Part shown: piece by piece, positions 44,358-54,599 of the stretch
How the letters are laid out: every line of letters starts with the position of its first letter
Position numbering within the stretch: the stretch's first letter is position 1
Origin: an uncultured Dehalococcoidia bacterium
Lineage (GTDB): Bacteria; Chloroflexota; Dehalococcoidia; Lucifugimonadales; UBA3495
Reading direction: 5' to 3'
Assembly: GCA_958296385.1 (NCBI GenBank)
Contig: OY282494.1
Coordinates: forward strand, 1,709,537 to 1,773,536
DNA length: 64,000 bases
Translations under genes and position numbers: made by a program
The notes under the pieces: generated by a model
What the model was told of the DNA's origin: nothing
Database searches by the model: none
The model's input: only the letters and a program-made list of their open reading frames with translations

Positions 44358-47300
44358 TCAGGCGCTTACGCCGGCGAACATCCGCGCCTTGAACATCGGC
44401 TCGATGGGCTTGGCCCGGGGGATGATGATGGCGGAATCGCCGTTGACGTACACCGTTTCGGCGCCGGCGGCCATATCCTGCGCGGCGATAAACTCACGGT
44501 CCCGGACGAAATCATGCTCCGCCCAGCCGTCGGTGGCGCGCCAGATTACGGCCACCGTGCGGCCCGGTTCGGCGCGGGTTTCGCCGCTGTACGCCAGATA
44601 ACGGCGCCCGTCGTCAGCGTAGGCCCGCCGGGTGCGGACGTTCAGCCCCAGCAGATAGTTGAACGTCTCCGGCAGGTCAACCGTGCGTTCCTGCCGTTCC
44701 CCGTTGACATGGACGCGCAATCGGTAGGTGAAAGGGGCGGTCAGCCCGGTGACGTTGAGCAGTGTTTCGCTTTCTCTAGTCTCCGAGCGCAGCAGATATT
44801 TGAGCAGGTATTCGTCGGATGATTCCAGCAGGGGCAGCTGCCCGGCCGGCGAATCAAACTCAATACTGTCCAGCGCATCCTCGTAGGATTCCAGCGTCAT
44901 ATACTTGATGATGCGGGGCGAGCGTTCCGATTCCTCCGGCGTGGCCGCGCGCCGGGGTTTGCCGTCTTTCCATTCGGGCGTAAAGACGACCTTTTTGATG
45001 CGGGGCAGCAGCACCGTATCAAAGTATTCGCCCATTTCCACCAGGACAAACTTGCGCCGCCCGCCATCCTCACGGTTCAGATTGATAACGGCGTGGCCCG
45101 TAGTGCCGGAACCGGCGAAGTAGTCAAGGACAACGGCATCATCGTATTTGTGGATGCAAGCATCTACACAATCGCGCACTGTCCAAACAGATTTGGGATA
45201 AGAGAACGTACTTCCGCCGCCGAAAAGTGCCCTGAGCAAATTACTCCCGTGTGTACCGGCGTTATATTTCTTATCCGTCCAATTGCTGAACAGAGGGCGC
45301 CGCTTACCGGATTGGTCTGTGAGCAGGTAAAGAGAGCGGCTGTTTTTACAGATGATCTCGCCATTCTCGATACACTTCGTTACTGTTACATAGCTCCGGC
45401 GCCATACCCTTTCAGTGCCGTCATCACTGACTGGATAAATACGGACATACCCTTCAGATGTTTTACATCGCGGGTAATCCGTACCTGTTGGAGGCGGTTC
45501 TGCTCCTATAACCGTAGATGTTTTCGGATCTACAAGAACCGCGTAAAAACTGTTCGGACGTCCAGTACGTAAGTTGCTGTCTGCTGTACCTGTACGAACG
45601 AATCCTATTTCGGATATGCCAGATTCCTTTTGTGGGCCGCCCAGAACTTTTGCGTTGGCTGGCGTCATAAAAATGGCATATTCGTGAGTGCTGGACACGT
45701 TTGTACCTTCCAATCCGCTACCAGCTGGATGGTGATTGACGACCACCATACTCCTGTCCCAAGCGTTGAAATGGGTATCGAGGATTTGGGCTAGACCTGT
45801 CATTTCAGTGTCGTCAATGGCAATCACCCATGCCGCATCGTCGCTTATAACAGATTGCGAGATCGAGATACGATCTGCAATCAAAGATAGGTATGACGAA
45901 TGTTTGTAACCATTCTTATAAAGAATTTCTGACGCTGCTGTATTGTACGGCGGGTCAATGTAGATACAATTGACCTTTCCGGCGTATTTTTCTGTTATCA
46001 GCCGCAACGCTTGCCAGTTGTCACCGTGGAACAACACACCGTCGGTCATTCCGTCCAAGTCGTCAAAGGCGGCCAGCAGGCGGTTGGTAAAGGCGGCGTT
46101 GAAGTGGCGGGTGTCCAGAGGGAGGGTGGGATGGGTTTGCAGGAAGTTGGCGGTGCGGTGGGCGGCGTCAGTGTCAATGTCAAACAGCTCCCGCCATTCG
46201 TGCCACTGCGCGGCGTTGGCGATGATGTCGGGGTAGAAGTCGGCGCTGATGTTGCCCAGGGTGATGCAGTAGTGCGTTGCGGTGACGAACTTGCGCTTTT
46301 CCCAGAGGGTTTTCTGGAAATCCTCAATCTGGGCCAGGAAGTCGATGACTTGCCCGCCGACGGCCTTAATCAGGCGCATTTGCTGGAACCAGCCTTCCGC
46401 AGCCTCCTGGCCGGCGTTGGCGATGTTGTCCAGGTTCAGCACCTCGTTCTTAAGGTAAAAGTCCAGCTCCTGGTTGAGAAACCCGGACAGGTCTTTGTGG
46501 ACAAAGAAGTCGGCGTTGTTGCGGGTGGTATAGCGGCGCAAGTGGTGTTCCAGCCGGCTCACCGGCTCGCCTTTGGCGTTCTGCCGGTGGGCGCCGGCGA
46601 GGGCGATATGAGCGTCCGGCGCGCCGGCCAGCTTCGGCGGGATGGCGGCCACGGCGTCGGCGATAATCTTGTCCTGCTGATTGCGGGTACCGTAATTCTG
46701 CTGTTCGTCGGCCCGCAGCGGGCGGTACTCAACGGGAATAGTGACGGTGCGCGCGTCGTCATCCCACCGGACATCGGCGACAACGGGCAGAAAAAAGCGC
46801 CGGTCGCCCTTAACGTTGTTCTGCTCAACGTCGGCATTCCTGAGGCGGAAGCGCACCGCTACGCCATTAGGGGCCTGCCAGTCATAGTTGCGGAAGTGTT
46901 CATCAGTCTTGACGTAATACTGGTCGCGGTTGGCCCAATGGAGATAGACTTCCTCGCCGTTATAAGGAATGGCGTAGCGCCGGCTGCGGGAGTAGCGCCG
47001 CTTGGAAATAAAGTCGCCCTCCTCGTAGTAGCGGCTGAAAAACGTAATCAGGTGATTATAGATGGCGTCCTCAACCGAGGCGCGGTTGCGGTCATCGGCA
47101 GCGCGGGCCAGCGCGTCGATATATTGCTTAACCAGAGGGGCGTCCATATTGCCGATTTGCGAGACGACCAATTGCCCGTCAAAGCCAACGGCGTCCTCTC
47201 CGTAAGCCTGCTCCACCCTGGCCCGCAAATCCGCCAGCGCGACATCAGCCCGGACTTGCTGCGCCAGCGGCCCCCGGCTCAGCGCATCGGCAACGGCAGC

Positions 47301-47465
47301 CGGCAAGCGCTCCGTGATAAACCGCTCAACAGCAGCCCGCTTGTGGTTCATAATGCGGTAAATGCCAAAATCCAAATCGGCGCAGTCGAACTGAAAGAGC
47401 TCGCGCAACAGGGACTGGAACTTCTCGGCGCTGCTGGCATCAATGGCGCTAATCGCGCTGGTCAT
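44358..47465 (-). CDS. Large beta-class N6/N4 DNA methyltransferase (Type III Mod-like)
   Basis: IYIDPPYNT (motif IV) lies upstream of DYFAGSGTTGHAV (motif I). There is a ~500-aa N-terminal extension (ELFQFDCADLDFGIYRIMN...). The start is set at MTSAIS (47465). Confidence 0.85.
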   Translation of the reverse strand: MTSAISAIDASSAEKFQSLLRELFQFDCADLDFGIYRIMNHKRAAVERFITERLPAAVADALSRGPLAQQVRADVALADLRARVEQAYGEDAVGFDGQLVVSQIGNMDAPLVKQYIDALARAADDRNRASVEDAIYNHLITFFSRYYEEGDFISKRRYSRSRRYAIPYNGEEVYLHWANRDQYYVKTDEHFRNYDWQAPNGVAVRFRLRNADVEQNNVKGDRRFFLPVVADVRWDDDARTVTIPVEYRPLRADEQQNYGTRNQQDKIIADAVAAIPPKLAGAPDAHIALAGAHRQNAKGEPVSRLEHHLRRYTTRNNADFFVHKDLSGFLNQELDFYLKNEVLNLDNIANAGQEAAEGWFQQMRLIKAVGGQVIDFLAQIEDFQKTLWEKRKFVTATHYCITLGNISADFYPDIIANAAQWHEWRELFDIDTDAAHRTANFLQTHPTLPLDTRHFNAAFTNRLLAAFDDLDGMTDGVLFHGDNWQALRLITEKYAGKVNCIYIDPPYNTAASEILYKNGYKHSSYLSLIADRISISQSVISDDAAWVIAIDDTEMTGLAQILDTHFNAWDRSMVVVNHHPAGSGLEGTNVSSTHEYAIFMTPANAKVLGGPQKESGISEIGFVRTGTADSNLRTGRPNSFYAVLVDPKTSTVIGAEPPPTGTDYPRCKTSEGYVRIYPVSDDGTERVWRRSYVTVTKCIENGEIICKNSRSLYLLTDQSGKRRPLFSNWTDKKYNAGTHGSNLLRALFGGGSTFSYPKSVWTVRDCVDACIHKYDDAVVLDYFAGSGTTGHAVINLNREDGGRRKFVLVEMGEYFDTVLLPRIKKVVFTPEWKDGKPRRAATPEESERSPRIIKYMTLESYEDALDSIEFDSPAGQLPLLESSDEYLLKYLLRSETRESETLLNVTGLTAPFTYRLRVHVNGERQERTVDLPETFNYLLGLNVRTRRAYADDGRRYLAYSGETRAEPGRTVAVIWRATDGWAEHDFVRDREFIAAQDMAAGAETVYVNGDSAIIIPRAKPIEPMFKARMFAGVSA

Positions 47466-47639
47466 AGTGCTACCCCAGGCGGCGGCCATCGGCCCCGCAA
47501 TTTTGGCTACAGGGCAGATTATAACGACACCGGGCAGCCCCGTCCCGCTGCCAGCGTCACCAAAACCCCCACTTTTGGCAGCAGCCGGCGACTGATTTAC
47601 TCAGGCACACGACATATAGTGATATATGCCGACGGCCGG

Positions 47640-48893
47640 TCATGATGCTTGCCCCGTCACTTTCCGGAACAGCGCCAGGTAAGCAGCCACCGCCCGCTGC
47701 TCCGAGAACTCGCCGGCTCTGCGGCGCAGCGCCTCCGCCGGGGGATGGTCGCCTTGCAGCGTCTCCACCATTGCTTGCGCCAGGGCCGGCGCATCGCCCA
47801 CCGGCGCCAGCTTGCCCCACCTGTCATCGGCAAGTATCTCGCGGGGGCCATAAGGCGTGTCGGTGCTGACGGCGGGCGTGCCGCAGGCCAGGGCTTCCAG
47901 CAGGGCCGTCGGTAGCCCCTCCCAACGGGATGAGAACGCAAACAACCCCGCCCGGCGCATATAGCGAAAGGGATTCGCGTCAAAATCCACGAACCCCAAA
48001 TCATCCGCCACGCCGTACTCCCGCGCCCGTTCAATCAGCCCGGCCCGGTAAGATTCCGAAAGCCGGCCCATTATGACCAACCGCGCCCTGATTTGACGGC
48101 GCGCCAGCCCGAACGCCTCCACCAGCGTAGCATAGTCCTTTGGCGGCGCCTCTCGCCCCACGCTCAGGACGACCGGCGGTTCGCCGGCGGCAAACCAGGG
48201 GTGCCCCACGTCCTCTTGCGCCTGCCGCCAGATCGCATCGGACGGTATGGGATTGTAGATAGCATAAACGCTTTCCCCCGGCACGCCCAAAAACCCCTCC
48301 ACCTCCCGGCCGGCGCCCTCGGAAACGGCAGCCACCGCATCGGCCCGGGGGTAGATGTCCCGGGCCCGGCGTTGTTCATATTCGGTGTAGTTCCGGCTGA
48401 CGTTGCTGTGCACTGACGCAATCACCGGCCGGCCAAATCCCGCCAACTCCATCCCATCGACGGCGGCAAAGTTGGCCCGCGACACGCCGGCCAGCAGCAG
48501 CGCTGGGCGTTCCTGCCGGACGTAACGGGCCACCAGATGGGCAAACACGGCATCCTTAATATCGGCGTTAATCCCGCGCCTGCGCCGCCGCAAGGCCAGC
48601 CAGTCCCAGGCCATTGACATCGGGTTGATGGCCAGCGCCTGCATCGCAACGCCCCGCTCCCGGCAGCGGCGGATTAGCTCCCGGTCCGATTTACGCAGGC
48701 CGGGGTAAAACAGCCGCATCCCCGCCGGCAGGCTGTCCGGGTACGCTATCAGCAACCGCCCCACCATCATATCCACCCGGTGGCCCCGCCGGATGAGCGA
48801 CTCGGCCAGCGTGATGGCCACCCGCTGCGCCCCGCCGCCGCCTAAACTATGCAGCACAAACCCCACGTGCAGTTTGCCCCCCGCCGCCGTCAT
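47640..48893 (-). CDS. GT4-family (GT-B) glycosyltransferase
   Basis: HVGFVLHSLGGGGAQRV..., ...SSRWEGLPTALLEALACGTPAVSTD (EX7E region). Only the last 417 aa of the 843-aa track ORF are real. ATGA overlap with the upstream gene. Confidence 0.85.
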   Translation of the reverse strand: MTAAGGKLHVGFVLHSLGGGGAQRVAITLAESLIRRGHRVDMMVGRLLIAYPDSLPAGMRLFYPGLRKSDRELIRRCRERGVAMQALAINPMSMAWDWLALRRRRRGINADIKDAVFAHLVARYVRQERPALLLAGVSRANFAAVDGMELAGFGRPVIASVHSNVSRNYTEYEQRRARDIYPRADAVAAVSEGAGREVEGFLGVPGESVYAIYNPIPSDAIWRQAQEDVGHPWFAAGEPPVVLSVGREAPPKDYATLVEAFGLARRQIRARLVIMGRLSESYRAGLIERAREYGVADDLGFVDFDANPFRYMRRAGLFAFSSRWEGLPTALLEALACGTPAVSTDTPYGPREILADDRWGKLAPVGDAPALAQAMVETLQGDHPPAEALRRRAGEFSEQRAVAAYLALFRKVTGQAS

Positions 48894-50236
48894 TCCGCCG
48901 CCTCCCGACTGGCAACCCGACGCTGGCCCCTCTGCCGAAGTATCGCTATCACGAACGGTATCAGCACCACGACAAAGGCGATGAAGTAGGCCGTGTTGGC
49001 CCAGGCCGCGCCCGCCGCGCCGTACCGGGGCGCCAGCCACACGATGATTGCAACCGATGCTACCAGCCCGGCCGCCGTCCCCGCCAGCGACGGCCCGATG
49101 CGCCCCGCCGCCGCCGGCAGTATGGTCAGCACCGAAACGCTGCTGGCGGCGAATGAGCCAATCAGCATAATCAGCACCAGCGGGGCGGCGTTCCCGAATT
49201 CCGGGCCCAAAATCAGCCGCGTTATCGGCTGGTGAAATATAAGCAGCATCCCGAATCCCACCACGGACAGCGCGAACGACACCAGGGCAAACCGCAGCGA
49301 CGCCCGGCGCAAGGCCCGGCCCGCCCCCGCGTACCAATGCCGGCTGTACTCCGGCTGCACCGCGCTCATCAGCGGCTGGAACGGGTAGCGCGTGGAGTCC
49401 GTAATCTGCCGCCCCCCCCGGTACAGGCCCACGTCGGCGGCGCCGGCGAATTGCGCCAGCAGGATGGCGTCCATATTGTGGGCCAACGTCCAGATGGTGG
49501 ATTTCCCGAACGTTCCAACCTGGAATCGCAGCACGTCCGGCGGCACTTTCAGCGACAGCGAGCGCAGCAGGCCCGTCATTCCCGCCTGCGGCGCGGCGAC
49601 CGTCGTGGCAATCAGCATCCCGGCCCCGTTCACGGCGGCGCCGGCGATGTGCGCCAGCACCACCGCCAGCAGCCCGCCCCCGGTCAGCAGCGCCGCCACC
49701 AGCAGCGCAACCCGCGTCAGCACGCCGGCCAGCGTAACCGCAAACCCCAGCGCCACCCGGTCGGACAGCCGCAGCGCCGCCAGCGTTTCCGTCTGCGTCG
49801 CCAGAAATATCCCGATGACGCCGTACAGCAGCGCGGCATCCAGGTAGGCCGGGCCAATCCCCAGCAGCCCGCCGGCCGCCAGGATGAGGACGGCCAAAAT
49901 CGCATAGGCCGCCAGCGCCAGCCCCAGCGACAAGGCCAGCACAAATCGCAGCACCCGCGACGCCTCCTCCGGCCGCCCCTCGGCTACGCCCCGCGTAACG
50001 AAAGCCGTAACCGCCTCGCCCCCCGGTATGGCCGACAGTCCGTAGATTAGCAGCGTGACGGCGACAATCACGGCCAGCACGCCGTAGCCCTCCGGGCCGA
50101 GAATCCGGGCCGATATGGACACCTGCGCCAGCCCGCCCACCAGATGGGCTGCGGTAATGCCGCCCATCCAAAACGTCTGCCGGGCCAAACGCCGGTCCGA
50201 CGCCGGCAGCATCCGGGCAATCAGAGGGTGGTTCAA
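48890..50236 (-). CDS. Polysaccharide/oligosaccharide flippase (Wzx/MOP superfamily)
   Basis: 448 aa with about 12-14 TM helices. Typical Wzx-like topology next to a glycosyltransferase. Confidence 0.7.
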   Translation of the reverse strand: MNHPLIARMLPASDRRLARQTFWMGGITAAHLVGGLAQVSISARILGPEGYGVLAVIVAVTLLIYGLSAIPGGEAVTAFVTRGVAEGRPEEASRVLRFVLALSLGLALAAYAILAVLILAAGGLLGIGPAYLDAALLYGVIGIFLATQTETLAALRLSDRVALGFAVTLAGVLTRVALLVAALLTGGGLLAVVLAHIAGAAVNGAGMLIATTVAAPQAGMTGLLRSLSLKVPPDVLRFQVGTFGKSTIWTLAHNMDAILLAQFAGAADVGLYRGGRQITDSTRYPFQPLMSAVQPEYSRHWYAGAGRALRRASLRFALVSFALSVVGFGMLLIFHQPITRLILGPEFGNAAPLVLIMLIGSFAASSVSVLTILPAAAGRIGPSLAGTAAGLVASVAIIVWLAPRYGAAGAAWANTAYFIAFVVVLIPFVIAILRQRGQRRVASREAAE

Positions 50237-50255
50237 ACTCCGCCTTATCCTGGCC

Positions 50256-50627
50256 CTATTCCGTCCTGTTATCCAACAGCGGCTCCAGCCTGCTTATCAA
50301 CTCTTGAGTAGTCTGCAACGCCCGCCGGACGGTGCGGGAGCGCAGACCGTTTTCGTAAAAGTTGACGTGCAGCATTGATGCTCGCAGGAAAAAATCGGAC
50401 AGTTCCGGGTCTCCGGTTTCGTCCACCAAATCCTCGATGATGTCGGACAAAAGATGATGGCTGCGGTGCGGCCACCCCCGTTCCTCAGCGACGGCCTTGA
50501 CCATCTCGGCCGCCGCGCCCCAGCCCTTTTCCGAAGCTTGGGGCAAGTCGTTCTCCGCCAGGTATTCCCAGGCTTTGCCCATAAACCCCCGGCTGGCAAT
50601 GGCATAACGGTTGGCGGATTCAATCAT
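50256..50627 (-). CDS. PaREP1-like / HEPN-fold four-helix protein
   Basis: AGGAG RBS. GKAWEYLAENDLPQASEKGWGAAAEMVKAVAEERGW..SHHLL...ASMLHVNFYEN matches the PaREP1 pattern (from memory). Confidence 0.55.
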   Translation of the reverse strand: MIESANRYAIASRGFMGKAWEYLAENDLPQASEKGWGAAAEMVKAVAEERGWPHRSHHLLSDIIEDLVDETGDPELSDFFLRASMLHVNFYENGLRSRTVRRALQTTQELISRLEPLLDNRTE

Positions 50628-50702
50628 TGTACGGCTCCTGATGTTAAGATGTTGAACTGTATCATACCGCCCAACGCCGCCGCGCGCGCTTATCGGGAAA
50701 CT

Positions 50703-50789
50703 TGGTGCCGAGGGAGGGATTCGAACCCACACACCTCTAGGAGGTAGCGGATTTTAAGTCCGCCGCGTCTACCCTTTCGCCACCCCGGC
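50703..50789 (-). tRNA. tRNA-Leu (anticodon TAA), class II with long variable arm, CCA encoded
   Basis: Hand-folded: acceptor GCCGGGG/CCTCGGC, anticodon arm GCGGA-CTTAAAA-TCCGC, T-loop GGTTCGAATCC. Confidence 0.9.
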
Positions 50790-50951
50790 ACGGCGTTAAA
50801 CACAAGCGCGCAACGCTCGTCTGCTCAAAAGCGTCGCGCGGAACTGAAAGCGCATAGTTGGGCCCGGCTTGCTGATACGACCGGCGCAGGACAGGATAGG
50901 ACAGAGCGGGATCGGATGGCATCGTGCACGGGCGCAAAACCTGCTTGATAT

Positions 50952-51027
50952 TGGAGGCGACGGGCGGATTCGAACCGCCGAATAGAGGTTTTGCAGACCT
51001 CCGCCTTAACCACTTGGCTACGTCGCC
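50952..51027 (-). tRNA. tRNA-Cys (anticodon GCA), CCA encoded
   Basis: Acceptor GGCGACG/CGTCGCC, anticodon arm GAGGT-CTGCAAA-ACCTC, T-arm GGCGG-TTCGAAT-CCGCC. Confidence 0.9.
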
Positions 51028-51097
51028 CCGGAGTTGCTTACTCACTGCCGTGCCGGTTTGTTGCCAACTGCCCGCCAACTGCGTTTGTTCGTTCGAT

Positions 51098-51184
51098 TGG
51101 TGCCGAGGGCGGGACTTGAACCCACACGAGCGAAAGCCCACGGCCCCCTCAAGACCGCGTGTCTACCATTTCCACCACCTCGGC
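51098..51184 (-). tRNA. tRNA-Leu (anticodon GAG), class II, CCA encoded
   Basis: Acceptor GCCGAGG/CCTCGGC, anticodon arm CGGTC-TTGAGGG-GGCCG, T-loop GGTTCAAGTCC. Confidence 0.9.
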
Positions 51185-51380
51185 GTCAGGAGAACAATCG
51201 GAGTATAACACAATGCTCAAAACGTCTGTCAAACCGCTGGCGCGGCCATCCCGTTCAGAATGACCGGGAGCGCCCGGAACCGGACAACACCGGCCCGTCC
51301 GGGCCGGAATACGACAGCGGGCTGACGGCGGCCCCGGATGATGCACCCGCCGGGCCAGCCGCCGTAAATCGCCCCCCGCG

Positions 51381-51713
51381 CTAGTTGACCTGATGCTCCT
51401 GGTGCAGCAGCCCCTTGGCCACGTCCCCGATGTTGGCCTCGATGCAATCACGCAGAGCGGAGTAAATGGAACGCTTCACGGCGTCCATCATCCATGCCTC
51501 GTACTCGGGTGCGGTTTGATACTCGTTCTTGACCACAATCAGCTGTCGCAAGGTATCCAGGTAATGGGCTTGCAGCGGGGTGAGCGCGTCAAGGTCGTAG
51601 CTTTCGATCTGCAATCCGGCCGGCTCTTCCACGCTGACCGGAGCGGCGGCGGCTACGGCGTTATCACTGTCCAAACCGCTGACTTCGACATCTTGTCTGT
51701 GTGAGGTGCTCAT
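51381..51713 (-). CDS. Hypothetical 110-aa protein downstream of dnaK
   Basis: MSTSHRQDVEV...LTPLQAHYLDTLRQLIVVKNEYQTAPEYEAWMMDAVKRSIYSALRD. No family recognised. Confidence 0.45.
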   Translation of the reverse strand: MSTSHRQDVEVSGLDSDNAVAAAAPVSVEEPAGLQIESYDLDALTPLQAHYLDTLRQLIVVKNEYQTAPEYEAWMMDAVKRSIYSALRDCIEANIGDVAKGLLHQEHQVN

Positions 51714-51931
51714 TGCGTTTCTCCAATGTCCGGCGGGCCGGAACCCGCGCCAGATGGTGAGCTTGCCGCCATTATAGCACTTTGCCGGGCAATCAACACC
51801 AATGCGCCCCCATTTTACAAAGCTTTTACAACCCAACACCGCAAATGCCGAAACGCCGCCGCCCGTCATTCCGGGCGCCGGCGTTCCGAATAGCGCCGGG
51901 CTGCACGACAGCCGGCAGTTTGCCGGTTCGC

Positions 51932-53839
51932 CTAAACCTCCCGGAACTCCCCCTCCACCGTGTCGTCCGGCCCCGACGCGCCATCGCCGGCCGTCCCGTC
52001 CGCCGTCCCCGGCCCGGCGCCGCCGGCGCCCGGCTGCGTGTACACGGCTTGCCCCACCCGCTGCAAAACGTCGTTCAGCTCGTTCATCGCCGTCTGCATC
52101 TGCGCCAGGTTGTTGGCGGCGATGGCCGTCCGCAGCTCGGCCAGCTTGCCGTCGGCCTCCGCTTTCAGCTCGGCCGGCAGCGTGGCGGCGTGTTCGGTCA
52201 GCAGCCGTTCTGCGGAGTAGGCCAGGCTGTCGGCCTGGTTGCGCGTTTCAATCTCCGCCCGACGCTGCCGGTCCGATTCCTCGTTGGCCTGCGCGTCCGA
52301 CATCATCCGCTCGATGTCGTCCTGCGAAAGGCCGCTGCTGGTCTGTATGACAATTCGCTGCTCTTTGCCCGTGCCTTTGTCCTGCGCCGACACGCTCAGG
52401 ATGCCGTTGGAGTCGATGTCAAACGTAACGTCAATCTGCGGCATCCCCCGGGGCGCCGGCAGGATGCCGTCCAGCATAAACCGGCCAATCGTCTTGTTGT
52501 CGGCCGACATTGGCCGCTCGCCCTGCAAAACGTGGATGTCCACGCTGGCCTGCGAGTCGGCCGCCGTCGTAAAGGTTTCCGTCTTTTTGGTGGGAATGGT
52601 GGTGTTGCGCGGAATGAGCGCCGTAGTGACGCCGCCCAGCGTCTCAATGCCCAGCGTCAGCGGCGTTACGTCCAGCAGCACGATGTCGCCCACCTCGCCG
52701 CCCAGGACGCCGGCCTGTATCGCCGCGCCCAATGCCACCGCCTCATCCGGGTTCACCGAGCGGGACGGCTCCCGCCCAAAGATTTGCTGCACTTTGGCCT
52801 GCACCGCCGGCATCCGCGTCATCCCCCCCACCAGTATCACGTCGTCAATGCTGCCGGAGGCTACGCCGGCATCGGATATGGCCTGACGGCACGGCCCGGC
52901 GGTGCGGTCAATCAGATCGCCCACCAGCTGCTCCAGCCGCGCCCGGCTCAGCGGTTTCACCAGATGCTGCGGGCCGCTGGCGTCCGCCGTGATAAAGGGC
53001 AGGTTAATCTCGCTTTCCAGCGTGCTGGACAGCTCAATCTTGGCCCGTTCGGCCGCGTCGCGCAGCCGTTGCAGCGCCATCCGGTCCTGAATCAGGTCAA
53101 TCCCGGTTTCGGCCCGGTACTCGGCCACCAGCCAGTTCAGGATGGCGTCGTCAAAGTCATCGCCGCCCAGAAAGGTATCGCCGTTGGTGGAAAGCACCTC
53201 AAACACGCCCTCCCCAAGTTGCAGGATGGTAATGTCAAAAGTGCCGCCGCCCAGGTCAAACACCGCAACGGTGGAGTCGGTCTGCTGCTTGTCAATGCCG
53301 TAGGCCAGCGAGGACGCGGTGGGTTCGTTGATGATGCGCAGCACGTCCAGCCCGGCGATGGTGCCGGCGTCTTTGGTGGCCTGCCGCTGCGAGTCGTTGA
53401 AGTAAGCCGGCACCGTAATGACGGCCTGCGTGATGCTCTCCCCCAGCTTGGCCTCAGCGTCCTGCCGGATTTTTTGCAGCACCATACTGGAGATTTGCGG
53501 CGGCGCGTAAGCCTGCCCGGACATCTCCACGTGGGCATCGCCGTTGGCGCCGCCCACCACCTTATAAGGAAGGCGTTGGGCCGCGCCCTGCACCTCAGGG
53601 TCATCAAAACGGCGCCCCATCAGGCGTTTCACGGAGAATATCGTGTTCTCCGGATTGGTAACGGCCTGCCGCTTGGCCGTCTGCCCCACGTAACGCTCGC
53701 CGCTGCGGACGTTCATCGCCACCACCGACGGCGTGATGCGGTTGCCCTCAGCGTTCTCCACAACCTCCGCCTCGCCAGCCTCAATAACCGCAGCCACCGA
53801 GTTGGTAGTGCCGAGATCGATGCCCAGAATCTTTGCCAT
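51932..53839 (-). CDS. dnaK: Molecular chaperone DnaK (Hsp70)
   Basis: [18 protein letters not shown]..., [19 protein letters not shown]. Confidence 0.96.
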   Translation of the reverse strand: MAKILGIDLGTTNSVAAVIEAGEAEVVENAEGNRITPSVVAMNVRSGERYVGQTAKRQAVTNPENTIFSVKRLMGRRFDDPEVQGAAQRLPYKVVGGANGDAHVEMSGQAYAPPQISSMVLQKIRQDAEAKLGESITQAVITVPAYFNDSQRQATKDAGTIAGLDVLRIINEPTASSLAYGIDKQQTDSTVAVFDLGGGTFDITILQLGEGVFEVLSTNGDTFLGGDDFDDAILNWLVAEYRAETGIDLIQDRMALQRLRDAAERAKIELSSTLESEINLPFITADASGPQHLVKPLSRARLEQLVGDLIDRTAGPCRQAISDAGVASGSIDDVILVGGMTRMPAVQAKVQQIFGREPSRSVNPDEAVALGAAIQAGVLGGEVGDIVLLDVTPLTLGIETLGGVTTALIPRNTTIPTKKTETFTTAADSQASVDIHVLQGERPMSADNKTIGRFMLDGILPAPRGMPQIDVTFDIDSNGILSVSAQDKGTGKEQRIVIQTSSGLSQDDIERMMSDAQANEESDRQRRAEIETRNQADSLAYSAERLLTEHAATLPAELKAEADGKLAELRTAIAANNLAQMQTAMNELNDVLQRVGQAVYTQPGAGGAGPGTADGTAGDGASGPDDTVEGEFREV

Positions 53840-53930
53840 TGTTGTTTCTCCTAATAAAATCCGTATAAAATCCGTTCTGCGAATCAGTTTAGCAGGAACG
53901 GCACCCCGGCCGGGGATTTACTGTCGGTCG

Positions 53931-54542
53931 TTACTGATTGACGACCACCTGCGCCGCCTGCACCACCCGGTTGTGCAGCCGGTAGCCCTGCCGCAGCACC
54001 TCGATGATGCAGCCGGAATCGGCGCCGCTGTCGTTGGCCATCCCCACCGCCTCGTGCAGCTCCGGGTTAAAAGGTTCGCCCAAAGCTGCGATGCGCGCTA
54101 CGCCCTCACCTTCCAGAAAAGACGTCAGCTTGCGCTGTATCAGACGCACGCCCTCCGTCCACGAATCGTTTGCGCCGTTATCCCCGCCGCCCTGCTCCAG
54201 ATGGGCCACCGCCAAGTCCAGCTCGTCCACGATGGGCAGCAGATGCACCAGCAGCCGGCTGTTCGCCTGCTCCCGGATAGCCAGCCGCTCCTCATCATGC
54301 CGCCGCCGCAGATTGGCCAAATCCGCCTGGCCCCGCTGTACCGCGTCGGCTTGACGGGCGATTTCCTCGTTAGCCTCTGCCAGAGCCGCCCGCAGCAAAG
54401 CCGCCTCAGCCTCCGGCGCCAGCGGCGGCGCGGCCGCGTCCTCGTAGTTTGCGCCGGCCGGGGAATCGGGCGGGATGCTGTCGCCGGCCGGGTTGTCGTG
54501 TTCGGTTGTCAATTGCGAAACTCCATCCTGGGGTATTGTCAT
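53931..54542 (-). CDS. grpE: Nucleotide exchange factor GrpE
   Basis: Coiled-coil region, then ...LLPIVDELDLA..., GEPFNPELHEAV, QGYRLHNRVVQAAQVVV. Confidence 0.9.
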   Translation of the reverse strand: MTIPQDGVSQLTTEHDNPAGDSIPPDSPAGANYEDAAAPPLAPEAEAALLRAALAEANEEIARQADAVQRGQADLANLRRRHDEERLAIREQANSRLLVHLLPIVDELDLAVAHLEQGGGDNGANDSWTEGVRLIQRKLTSFLEGEGVARIAALGEPFNPELHEAVGMANDSGADSGCIIEVLRQGYRLHNRVVQAAQVVVNQ

Positions 54543-54551
54543 TCTGCCTTA

Positions 54552-54599
54552 GGCTACTGTATCGGCTACTGTATCGGCTACCGTACCGGCTACTGTACC
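54552..54599. repeat. 12-bp tandem repeat x4 (GGCTACTGTATC, GGCTACTGTATC, GGCTACCGTACC, GGCTACTGTACC)
   Basis: Read directly from the sequence. It lies between the hspR stop (54590) and the grpE ATG (54542). Confidence 0.8.

Noticed and set aside
48894-50171. N-terminal half of the 843-aa ORF 47640..50171
   Set aside because: It is Gly/Arg/Ala-rich out-of-frame read-through of the flippase gene. The glycosyltransferase begins at MTAAGGKLHVGF (48893).
50630-51200. tRNA-adjacent integrated island with att duplication
   Set aside because: I looked for a second copy of the tRNA 3' ends (GGTTCGAATCCCTCCCTCGGCACCA and similar) and for an integrase between 38 and 51 kb. I found neither, so integration at these tRNAs is unsupported from this window.
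50690-51210. ORFs 50737..51141, 50825..51013, 50924..51208 and the N-terminus of 50256..50732
   Set aside because: They run across three hand-folded tRNA genes (for example, MWVRIPPSAPS is the translation of a tRNA T-arm).
51782-53854. Long antisense ORFs opposite dnaK (51782..53854), clpC (60920..63055), Mod (46011..47645), the membrane gene (10447..11895), Ldh_2 (21228..22265) and dnaJ (59548..60495, 59588..60766)
   Set aside because: Each one overlaps a strongly recognisable gene on the other strand or frame and has a low-complexity R/P/G/A-rich sequence.
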